In this document: positions 18,153 through 26,270 of the stretch, piece by piece | How positions within the stretch are numbered: the first letter of the stretch is position 1 | Layout of the letters: each line of letters opens with the position of its first letter | Assembly: GCA_029260215.1 (NCBI GenBank) | Contig: JAJDDQ010000039.1 | Location: forward strand, 48,313 to 112,312 | Reading direction: 5' to 3' | From: Phycisphaerae bacterium | GTDB taxonomy: Bacteria; Planctomycetota; Phycisphaerae; UBA1845 | DNA: 64,000 bases | The notes under the pieces: generated by a model | Database searches by the model: none | What the model saw: the letters and a program-made list of their open reading frames with translations, nothing else | What the model was told of the DNA's origin: nothing | Made by a program: the position numbers and the translations under genes

Positions 18153-19124
18153 ATGAGCAAAACCGGACTGGTCATGGATGACGTGTTTCAGCGACACGAC
18201 GCGGGGGCTTCCCATCCGGAGACGCCTCGGCGACTGGCGCGCATCGCGGATGAGTTGACCCGTCTCACCCTGCACGAACAGTGCCACATCATGGCACCCG
18301 AACGCATCAAACCGGAAATCGTTCTCCGAACGCACACCGATGCCTATGTGCGGCGGCTGACCGATGCGTGCAAAAACGGCGAGCCGTACATCGACACGCC
18401 AGACAGCGCAATTTGCCGGGAAACCTTCAATATCGCGTCCCTGGCAGCCGGTTCCGTGCTGGGTGCGGTCGATGCAGTCATGTCGAAAGAGATCGCCAAC
18501 GCATTTTGCGCGGTCCGCCCGCCGGGTCATCACGCCGAACGCGACCGCTCGATGGGGTTCTGCATGTTCGCGAACGTGGCCATCGCGGTGGATCATCTCC
18601 GTCACGAGCACGGAATCGACCGCGTGCTGATTCTTGATTTCGACGTCCACCACGGCAATGGAACGCAACACATTCTCGAAGAAGACCCCACCGCCATGTT
18701 CATCAGCATTCACGGTCATCCGGATTTCCTCTACCCCGGCACGGGGTATGCCGAGGAGAGGGGCCGGGGTGCCGGCGACGGCAGCACACTGAACGTTCCC
18801 ATGCAACCGCACAGCAACGACGGCGATTACCGCGTCGCGTTCGACAAGCACATTCGCAAGGTACTCGACAAATTCGAGCCGGAGTTCGTGCTGGTCAGCG
18901 CGGGGTTCGATGCCCATCGCTCGGACCCGCTGGCTACGCTCGACCTTGCTACGGAATCTTTCGGGTGGATGACCGATCTGCTGCTCGATTGTGCGGATCA
19001 GCATTGCTCAGGCCGACTGGTAAGCGTGTTGGAAGGCGGGTACGACCTGCACGCGTTGGCGGAATCGGTCGCGCTTCATCTGGAACGGCTCATCGCACGA
19101 TCCGCCAAGCACGCGCATGCCTGA
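18153..19124 (+). CDS. Histone deacetylase-family amidohydrolase
   Basis: Class II HDAC/AcuC motifs are present: RPPGHHAE, LDFDVHHGNGTQ, SAGFDAH, EGGY. Start placed at ATG 18153. Confidence 0.93.
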   Translation: MSKTGLVMDDVFQRHDAGASHPETPRRLARIADELTRLTLHEQCHIMAPERIKPEIVLRTHTDAYVRRLTDACKNGEPYIDTPDSAICRETFNIASLAAGSVLGAVDAVMSKEIANAFCAVRPPGHHAERDRSMGFCMFANVAIAVDHLRHEHGIDRVLILDFDVHHGNGTQHILEEDPTAMFISIHGHPDFLYPGTGYAEERGRGAGDGSTLNVPMQPHSNDGDYRVAFDKHIRKVLDKFEPEFVLVSAGFDAHRSDPLATLDLATESFGWMTDLLLDCADQHCSGRLVSVLEGGYDLHALAESVALHLERLIARSAKHAHA

Positions 19125-19152
19125 ACTGGAAGTCCAGCAGGCCGTCAGGAAA

Positions 19153-19250
19153 ATGTGGCACGGGTTTTCAACCTGTGTTCTCACAGGCCGGAAAACCCGT
19201 ACCCCGTAGAACACCATCGTTTGCACCGGTTGCAAACCGGTGCCACACAA
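19153..19250. repeat. Repeat family C copy 2 (two inverted half-elements)
   Basis: TGTGGCACGGGTTTTCAACCTGTG (19154-19177) and the inverse-oriented TTGCACCGGTTGCAAACCGGTGCCACACA (19221-19249). Confidence 0.65.
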
Positions 19251-19257
19251 AAAGCCC

Positions 19258-19375
19258 ATGTTCTTGAACAGGCTGTTGGACGGAGCGCGTCCGCGTTGCG
19301 GCGACACGGTGGCGAGGATAAGCTTCGCTGAATCTGAAACAAACTATTGCCCAACCTGCCAAACCGGAGGTAAGC
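19258..19375 (+). pseudogene. Possible remnant of the C-terminal zinc-finger of an Fpg/Nei DNA glycosylase
   Basis: The frame reads MFLNRLLDGARPRCGDTVARISFAESETNYCPTCQTGGK, which resembles the Fpg end (..GR.G.PC.RCG..I.......R.T.YCP.CQ.). The first Cys is replaced by Arg and there is no upstream catalytic domain; repeat family C lies immediately 5'. Confidence 0.35.
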
Positions 19376-19378
19376 CCC

Positions 19379-21613
19379 TTGCTGATCGTCGAATGTCGAA
19401 ATTGTTCCGCCGCTGGTACGAAAATCCTCCTGACACTGGCAGCCGGGCTGATGCTGGTGACCGGTTGCGCTCAGCCGTTCCACGTCCGCGCGACGGAATA
19501 TCAGATCATCGCCGATATCAATCCTGAAACGCACGCACTCAATGCCCATGCGAACATCACGCTCGTGCCCATCGACGGCCGCCCCCTGCCGGAAGGACCG
19601 GTGTGGATCGCGCTCGATCTCAACAAGAATCTCAAGCCGAGCGACATCCACGTCACCGGGGCCGATCTTCAACGCACGTCGAAAGTCCGCCCGCTCTACA
19701 CACCGGACGACAAGGACCACAGCAAACGCAAAATCGCGTACGCCTCGCACAAGCTGTATCTTGAAAACGCCACCGATGAGATTCACGTCTCGATCGAATA
19801 CGAGGGTGAACTCGAACAGGACGTCGCGTCGGGTGAAAAAGTGGGTGAAATTCACAATTTCGGCGTCTCGGCACACATCGGACCGGAGGGCATCTACCTG
19901 TCGCCGAGCGGTCATTGGTGCCCAACGCCGTCCATCGACGACCTCGATCAACTGGACCCGAAATATCTGCTGGCTGACTGGACGTTGCAGACATCCGTGC
20001 CCGAGGATACCGCCCTCATCACGTCCGCCCGACGTGAAGGCGAGCACGACGGTCGCACGAACTGGAAGAGTCCGCACCGGCTGACCGGCATGACGCTGAC
20101 CGGTGGGAAGCACGACGTATGGTCGCGACACGAGGGCGGCGTCCAAATCTCCGTACACATGCAGCGGGCCGAGGACAAAGACGAACGCGATGCCAACGAA
20201 AAAATCGCACAGACCTACCTCGACCAGGCTGCCCGGTACATCGCCGACTACGAACCTCTGCTAGGCCCGTTTCCGTACGACCAATACACCATCGTCGAAA
20301 ACTTCTTCAGCTCCGGGTTCGCCTTTCCCATGATGACGCTCTTCGGCCCCGTCGTGATGCACATGGGCGACAACTCCTTCCGGCATGGCTACCTCGACCA
20401 CGAACTCGTGCATAGCTGGTGGGGCTGCGGTGTTGATGTCGATCCGCGCGACGGCAACTGGTGCGAATCGCTCACCAGCTACTGCACTAATTACTACGGC
20501 TTCGTGATCAACAACGACGAGTTCGGTGCCCGCAAGAAACGTCGCAACGAATCGAACTTTCTCAGTCGCGTCAAGCCGAAGCACGACAAACCGCTCGGCA
20601 CCTATGGCCGACCCGGTGGCTGTGGTCGCGGCATCGCTTACAGCAAGGGTTCCGCCGTTTTTCACATGCTCTCGCGCGAGATCGGGCAGGAGGCGTTCTG
20701 GGCTGCCTGCCGCGATATCACAAAACGACTCGTCGGCCGACACGCGAGTTGGGATGATTTGAAGCAGGCGTTCGAGGAAGCTTCGGGCCGGAATCTGGAC
20801 ACGTTCTTCGCGCAGTGGATTCGCGGCAGCGGCGCGCCCGCGTTGCGCTTGCTCGATGCACGCTACGATCGCTCGAAGGGCGAGCTATACGTGTCGATCG
20901 AACAAGGCGTTACCGACTTCGACTTCGAACTCAACCTGCGTCTCGAATACGGAGCGGGCCATCGCGATATCGTCGCGTCGGTCACGGAATCCACCGAAAC
21001 GCTCATCATCCCGCTCAGCGACAGCCCCGATTTTGTGCAACTCGACCCGGATTACCACACATTCCGCAAGTTGCAGCTGTCGGAAATCATGCCCACGACG
21101 GCCACGACCAAGGTGGCCAAGAGCTTGACCATCGTCATGCCGCCGGGCGAATCGCTCGAAGCCTATGAGACCGTCGCGGCGGCGTTCGAGAAGCCCGTCA
21201 AAGCTAAAGACGACGGTACGGTCGTTCGCGCGGTGGCCGACAATACGCTGACAGCCGAAACGCTGGCTGGGCGCAGCGTGCTCGTTCTCGGGGACTCGGT
21301 CCGCCATCCTGCCGTTCAAGAACTTCTCGAACGCACGGAATCTCCGGTCCGCTGGACCGAGGCTGGTTTCGCCGTGGACGATGACGCTTTCGATGAGCCC
21401 AATCACGCGGTAATGATGACGCTCCACCATCCCGATTCGCCGGACGACGGCCTGACGGTGTACGCGGGCAACTCGGAAGACGCGCTCGTCAACGCGGCGA
21501 TCCTCGGCTTCTACGCCAACTCGCTGCTCGTTTTTGAATGCGGCGAGCGCTGCGAAGTGGTCGTCCGGCGGGATTTTGAGTCAAACCAGCGGGTTGAAGT
21601 CAGCGTGAAATGA
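19379..21613 (+). CDS. M1-family (gluzincin) zinc metallopeptidase, probable lipoprotein
   Basis: HELVHSWWG followed by a downstream Glu (NWCESLTSY) gives HEXXH-X17/18-E. N-terminal lipobox LMLVTGC. TTG start. Confidence 0.82.
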   Translation: MLIVECRNCSAAGTKILLTLAAGLMLVTGCAQPFHVRATEYQIIADINPETHALNAHANITLVPIDGRPLPEGPVWIALDLNKNLKPSDIHVTGADLQRTSKVRPLYTPDDKDHSKRKIAYASHKLYLENATDEIHVSIEYEGELEQDVASGEKVGEIHNFGVSAHIGPEGIYLSPSGHWCPTPSIDDLDQLDPKYLLADWTLQTSVPEDTALITSARREGEHDGRTNWKSPHRLTGMTLTGGKHDVWSRHEGGVQISVHMQRAEDKDERDANEKIAQTYLDQAARYIADYEPLLGPFPYDQYTIVENFFSSGFAFPMMTLFGPVVMHMGDNSFRHGYLDHELVHSWWGCGVDVDPRDGNWCESLTSYCTNYYGFVINNDEFGARKKRRNESNFLSRVKPKHDKPLGTYGRPGGCGRGIAYSKGSAVFHMLSREIGQEAFWAACRDITKRLVGRHASWDDLKQAFEEASGRNLDTFFAQWIRGSGAPALRLLDARYDRSKGELYVSIEQGVTDFDFELNLRLEYGAGHRDIVASVTESTETLIIPLSDSPDFVQLDPDYHTFRKLQLSEIMPTTATTKVAKSLTIVMPPGESLEAYETVAAAFEKPVKAKDDGTVVRAVADNTLTAETLAGRSVLVLGDSVRHPAVQELLERTESPVRWTEAGFAVDDDAFDEPNHAVMMTLHHPDSPDDGLTVYAGNSEDALVNAAILGFYANSLLVFECGERCEVVVRRDFESNQRVEVSVK

Positions 21614-21677
21614 TACAACCGCCGACCGATTCCGATCAGTGATCCCTGGCATACCGGCGCGTCTCAATTGACGAGTC

Positions 21678-21760
21678 GGGTGGCACGGTCTGGCGTAGCC
21701 AGGCCGTGGGAACCTGTCGCAACCACGGCCTCCCGGCTACGCCGGAAGACCGTGCCAGCC
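21678..21760. repeat. Repeat family B copy 1 (83-bp three-helix palindrome)
   Basis: GGGTGGCACGGTCTGGCGTAGCCAGGCCGTGG....CCACGGCCTCCCGGCTACGCCGGAAGACCGTGCCAGCC, between the convergent M1 peptidase and hsp20 genes. A likely bidirectional terminator-like hairpin. Confidence 0.7.
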
Positions 21761-21826
21761 ATCGAATTGCGTCCGCCACCGCACCCGGCCCGTCGCATTG
21801 CGAGTGCCTGTGCGTGACACTTTACG

Positions 21827-22258
21827 TTACGAGCACTTGACTTCGATCTTCCGCGGCTTGAGGTCGTCCGCCTTGGCCAGCCGGACGGTCAGCACGCCGT
21901 TCTTCATCTCAGCTTCGATGCCGGTCTCGTTGACCCTTTCGCCGAAACGCAAGCTGCGCGAAAAGCTCCCCACCGTGCGCTCGGTGATGTGGAAATTCTC
22001 ACCCTCGCGCTCGTTCTGCGACTTGCGCTCGCCGCTCAGCGTCAAGAGGCCGCCCTCGAAGGTGATGTCCACATCCTCACGCGAGAAACCGGGGACATCC
22101 ACGTCCACATAGTAGTTCGCGTCGTCCTCGCGCACGTCGAGGTTGACAGCCATCCGGTCGTTACCACCGAAGAACCGCTCCTCGATATTCCCCAACGGCT
22201 CGAAATCAAACGCAGCCAGAGGCCCACCCAAACGTCGTGAAAAAGTGATCGGCAACAT
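21827..22258 (-). CDS. Small heat-shock protein (Hsp20/alpha-crystallin family)
   Basis: Alpha-crystallin domain (YYVDVDVPGFSREDVDITFEGGLLTLSGER....FSRSLRFGERVNETGIEAEMKNGVLTVRL). Strong SD AAGGAGG upstream. Confidence 0.95.
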   Translation of the reverse strand: MLPITFSRRLGGPLAAFDFEPLGNIEERFFGGNDRMAVNLDVREDDANYYVDVDVPGFSREDVDITFEGGLLTLSGERKSQNEREGENFHITERTVGSFSRSLRFGERVNETGIEAEMKNGVLTVRLAKADDLKPRKIEVKCS

Positions 22259-22339
22259 GATATGTACCTCCTTGAAAAAGGGCGAAGGCGACTCCTGCCT
22301 TCGTCAAACAATATTTTTCATTTCCAACGCCGCTCATAG

Positions 22340-22355
22340 AGCAAACAGCGTGCCA
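22340..22355 (-). promoter_or_regulatory. Sigma54 (-24/-12) promoter upstream of hsp20
   Basis: The minus strand reads TTTGGCACGCTGTTTGCT, an exact match to TGGCACG-N4-TTGCW with correct GG/GC spacing, about 85 nt upstream of the hsp20 ATG. Confidence 0.6.
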
Positions 22356-22541
22356 AACTCGGCGTTTGCCTGTAAATTGAGCACAGACAGTGAGTTACGT
22401 TGAATTCCGGTGAATCGTGAAAAGGGCTGAGACTGCCATTGTGACCGTCTCGGGATAGTTGAATCGAACGTAAGATTCGCATTCACAACACGTTACAATC
22501 TGCCGGTCAATTTTGACCCCGAATCACGCGGACATTTATCA

Positions 22542-23486
22542 TTGGAAAACCGACCTCTGCATTTCGTGTTCATCATCGGCTGCACCGGCTGCGGCAAGGG
22601 TGCGCTCGGTTTCGAGCTGGCCCAAAGGCTGGACGCGGAAGTAATCAGCGTCGATTCGATGAAGGTCTATCGTGGGATGGACGTCGGGACAGCCAAGCCG
22701 AGTCCCGAACGGCTGAAAACCGTGCGTCACCACATGATCGATGTTGTCGATCCGTGGGAGACGTTTTCAATGGCCCGCTTTCTGGAGCAGGCGGAGGCCG
22801 CCGCGGGTGACATCGCCGCGCGTGGTAAGACCATATTGGCTATCGGTGGGACGGGGATGTATCTCAAAGGGTTGAGCGAGGGTATTTTCGATGGTCCGGG
22901 GGCCGACGCGACGCTTCGCGATCGGCTCAAAGCGCGGGCGGACACGGAGGGCTGGGCAACGCTGCACGGCGAGTTGGCTGACGTCGACCCGGAGGCGGGT
23001 TTGCGTATTCATCCGAACGATCAGCGGCGCATCGTGCGGGCGCTCGAGGTTTACGAGTTGACCGGAAAACCGATCACGACATTACAGGAACAGTGGGAGC
23101 GCGGGCGGACCAAGCACCGATGCACCTTCATAGGCCTGCGTCGGGAGTTGGCCGACCAGAACCACCGCACCAACATGCGTGTCAAAGCGCTGATCGAACG
23201 CGGCTGGGTCGCGGAAGTCGAACGATTGCTGGCGAGCGGACGCCCGCTGAGCACGTCGGCTGCCCAAGCGATGGGCTACCGCGAGATCATCGAACACGTC
23301 GGGGGCCGGCTGCCCCTTGAGGAGGCTGCGGAAAAGATCAAAATCGCGACGCGACAGTTTGCCAAATCGCAACGAACGTGGTTCAAGCGTTTTCAAGCGA
23401 CACATTGGTATGATCTGTCGCCGGACGAAACCGCCACCGCGCTGGCTGACCGCGTACTCGGAGATTGGGACGAATTGTGCAAGTAA
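22542..23486 (+). CDS. miaA: tRNA dimethylallyltransferase
   Basis: P-loop-like GCTGCGKG, SVDSMKVYRGMDVGTAKPS, HHMIDV, and C-terminal YAKRQ-like FAKSQRTWFKR. Confidence 0.95.
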   Translation: MENRPLHFVFIIGCTGCGKGALGFELAQRLDAEVISVDSMKVYRGMDVGTAKPSPERLKTVRHHMIDVVDPWETFSMARFLEQAEAAAGDIAARGKTILAIGGTGMYLKGLSEGIFDGPGADATLRDRLKARADTEGWATLHGELADVDPEAGLRIHPNDQRRIVRALEVYELTGKPITTLQEQWERGRTKHRCTFIGLRRELADQNHRTNMRVKALIERGWVAEVERLLASGRPLSTSAAQAMGYREIIEHVGGRLPLEEAAEKIKIATRQFAKSQRTWFKRFQATHWYDLSPDETATALADRVLGDWDELCK

Positions 23487-24445
23487 CCGAACTCACCAAC
23501 CTGGCCATCGACCTGATCGACGTCCGGAAGACCTACAATCGCCGCATCGAAGCGCTGCGCGGGGTGAACATTCAAGTCGGTCGCGGCGAGGTCTTCGGGC
23601 TGCTGGGTCCGAACGGTGCGGGCAAGAGCACGCTGGTCAAAATCATGATGACGCTCGTTCGCCCGAACGCAGCCATCGGGACGGTACTCGGCCGCCCCCT
23701 GGGCAACCGGAAAAAACGCGCCCAGATGGGATTCCTGCCGGAACAGACACGTTTTCCAGCCTTCCTCACCGGTGAACAGGTGCTGAACTACTACGGTGCC
23801 CTCGCGGAAGTGCCGCGAAACGTGCGTTTGCAGCGAACGTCTGAGCTGCTCGGGCGCGTCGGCTTGTCGCAGTGGGCGCGGACGCGCGTCGGACAATACT
23901 CCAAAGGAATGGCCCGAAGGCTTGGCCTCGCTCAGGCGCTGATAAACGACCCGGAGCTGCTGATACTGGACGAGCCGACGGACGGCCTGGACCCCATAGG
24001 CCGGCGCGAGGTGCGTACGCTCCTGACCGAGTTGAAGCGCGCGGGCAAGACGATTTTTCTCAACTCCCACTTGCTCAGCGAAGTGGAAACGATCTGCGAT
24101 CGCGTCGCGATTCTGCACCGGGGGCTTGTCGCGCGGCAGGGACGATTGAGCGAGCTGACCGAAAACACGATGTCATACGAAATCGTGGCCCACGGCAACT
24201 TCAACGCAGCCGGCGAGCGCATCAAGAAAATCGGGGCGTCGATCGACGGAGAACGCATCGTCATCCCCGGCGGCAAGCCGGAAGAAGTGAACAACCTCAT
24301 CGACGCATTGCGCGCCGCCGGCTGTTTGATCGAATCAGTCAATCCGCGGCGCGTCAGCCTTGAGGATGTTTTTGTCGAAATCATCGGCGAGGAGCGAGCA
24401 CGCACAGCGGCCAGACCCATCGGCCAGGGAGGTGAAAAGGCATGA
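23465..24445 (+). CDS. ABC transporter ATP-binding protein (ABC-2 type)
   Basis: Walker A GPNGAGKST, signature YSKGMARRL, Walker B LLILDEPTDGLD. Start TTG 23465 or GTG 23477, overlapping the miaA end. Confidence 0.9.
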   Translation: MGRIVQVTELTNLAIDLIDVRKTYNRRIEALRGVNIQVGRGEVFGLLGPNGAGKSTLVKIMMTLVRPNAAIGTVLGRPLGNRKKRAQMGFLPEQTRFPAFLTGEQVLNYYGALAEVPRNVRLQRTSELLGRVGLSQWARTRVGQYSKGMARRLGLAQALINDPELLILDEPTDGLDPIGRREVRTLLTELKRAGKTIFLNSHLLSEVETICDRVAILHRGLVARQGRLSELTENTMSYEIVAHGNFNAAGERIKKIGASIDGERIVIPGGKPEEVNNLIDALRAAGCLIESVNPRRVSLEDVFVEIIGEERARTAARPIGQGGEKA

Positions 24446-25389
24446 TGCAATTCAATGCCATCGTCATGCACAGCTTTCGCGAAGCCATCGACCGCAAGGT
24501 CTTCTGGGTAATGATCCTGATGAGCGTGATCGTCGCGGCGTCTATGGCGTCGGTGGGCTTCAGCGAGCGTGGCGTGGATTTCCTCTTCGGAACATGGACG
24601 GTCGAGTCGGATTTTTGGTCGCTGCGTTCGGATACGCTGCACGAACGCGTCGGAGCTTTGATCGTCGGGTTCATCGCGGACAATTATCTGGGCAAGTTCG
24701 GCATGCTTTTCGCGCTCATCACGACGGCTTCGATTTTCCCCGCGCTCATGGAGCCGGGTGCCGTCGATGTCATCGCATCCAAACCGATCGACCGCAAGCT
24801 GCTGTTTCTCTACAAGTACCTGTCCGCCATGATCTTCATCCTGTTGCAGGCCACCGTGTTCGTGGGCATCACCTTCCTGGTCATGGGCCTGCGCTGGCGG
24901 TATTGGCCGATCGGTTATTGGAGTCTCGTGCCGCTGACCGTCCTGATGTTCAGCTACCTGTTCTCCCTGTGCGCACTTTTCGGCACGTGGTTCAGAAGGG
25001 CTATGCCCGCGTTGATTCTCACGTTGATCGCGTGGTTTTGCATATTCGGCGTGCAATCCGCCCACGCGGTGCTGATCGCCAACCCCGACTTCGACAAGAC
25101 AGGCAAATGGACACGCATGGTGACAGCCATGCACTGGGCCACGCCAAAGACGCAGGACATTCCCGAAATCGCCCGACGGATCGTCGGTGCGGCGGACTTC
25201 GTGGACATCATTACCCCCCACGCGGACGCGATGTCGGAAACCGATCGCAGCGATTTTGAACAAGCAGCCGAGGGAAATCGAAAGCTCACAGCCTCAATCG
25301 ATCCCCTCAGTTCTATAGCGTCGTCGCTGGCGGTGGAAGCGTTTGTGGTGTTCCTGGCGCTAAGAAGGTTCAATCGCATGGACCTGTGA
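24442..25389 (+). CDS. ABC-2 family transporter permease
   Basis: 4-nt overlap with the ATPase gene. Multiple hydrophobic TM segments. Confidence 0.75.
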   Translation: MMQFNAIVMHSFREAIDRKVFWVMILMSVIVAASMASVGFSERGVDFLFGTWTVESDFWSLRSDTLHERVGALIVGFIADNYLGKFGMLFALITTASIFPALMEPGAVDVIASKPIDRKLLFLYKYLSAMIFILLQATVFVGITFLVMGLRWRYWPIGYWSLVPLTVLMFSYLFSLCALFGTWFRRAMPALILTLIAWFCIFGVQSAHAVLIANPDFDKTGKWTRMVTAMHWATPKTQDIPEIARRIVGAADFVDIITPHADAMSETDRSDFEQAAEGNRKLTASIDPLSSIASSLAVEAFVVFLALRRFNRMDL

Positions 25390-25425
25390 CCGCCATGCAA
25401 CACCGGCGTTCATGACGATTCTGAA

Positions 25426-25998
25426 TTATGCGCGGCGGCGGTAGAGTGACGGATCGACTACGGTGAGCATGGCCTGCGTGTTGAGGTTGCCGCCGAGGAA
25501 AGCGTTGATCGCATCGACGGGGCTTTGGGGCGTCTTGAGCACTTCGTTGTAATCAACGTAAAGCGTCTCGAAATTCGGCTGCTGCGTCAGCCAATCCGAG
25601 CACTTCTTGATCTGAGCTTCGAACGTACTCTTGAGTATGTCCTCCGACATGCCGCCCTGGCTCTTGCCGCGACGCTCCAGCATGACATTCTGCGACGCGA
25701 TCACTTCATCCAGATGACGACGCATGAAGACCACACGGTAGTCAACGTCAGCCGGCAAATCGTAGAGCAGCATGTAGACCATCTTGACCGACTTCCCCAC
25801 AGCCGTCGGCACCCACGAGGCGTCGTCCTTGGTCTTCTTGACCGGCTCAAACTCGTAGTAGCCCTTGGGATTGTCGACGTCAGCCTCCCGCACGCGGTCC
25901 GTAACCGCATCGATGCCGCCCTCGTCCAGCATGCGCATCATCATGGACGTCCCCGACCGGGGCAGGCCTGAGACAACGGTAATGTACTTGCGATCCAT
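25426..25998 (-). CDS. Sulfotransferase family protein
   Basis: A PAPS 5'-phosphosulfate-binding loop-like GLPRSGTSMMMRML near the N-terminus, and a size of about 190 aa. Start placed at ATG 25998. Confidence 0.75.
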   Translation of the reverse strand: MDRKYITVVSGLPRSGTSMMMRMLDEGGIDAVTDRVREADVDNPKGYYEFEPVKKTKDDASWVPTAVGKSVKMVYMLLYDLPADVDYRVVFMRRHLDEVIASQNVMLERRGKSQGGMSEDILKSTFEAQIKKCSDWLTQQPNFETLYVDYNEVLKTPQSPVDAINAFLGGNLNTQAMLTVVDPSLYRRRA

Positions 25999-26166
25999 TT
26001 TCTTGCTCACGTCGATAGTAAAATAGTTTTCCACGAAACCGCACATCAAGCTTCGCACGCGCAAAAACGCACGCTCCGTCACGCAGTTTCGAGACTGGTT
26101 TTAGCATGGCCGCCGAGAACCGTCCATCGCCTGCGTCTCGCGAAACGAGTGACAATTCGCGATGCT

Positions 26167-26249
26167 GGGTGGCACGGTCTACCGGCGCAGTCAGTAGGCC
26201 GAGGGCTTTGCGAAACACCACGGCCTGGCTGCGCCAGACCATGCCACCC
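26167..26249. repeat. Repeat family B copy 2 (inverted relative to copy 3)
   Basis: GGGTGGCACGGTCTACCGGCGCAGTC....GGCTGCGCCAGACCATGCCACCC. Its reverse complement aligns with 28222-28304. Lies just after the mutL stop. Confidence 0.7.
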
Positions 26250-26270
26250 AGAATGGGGCGCATCCGTGCG

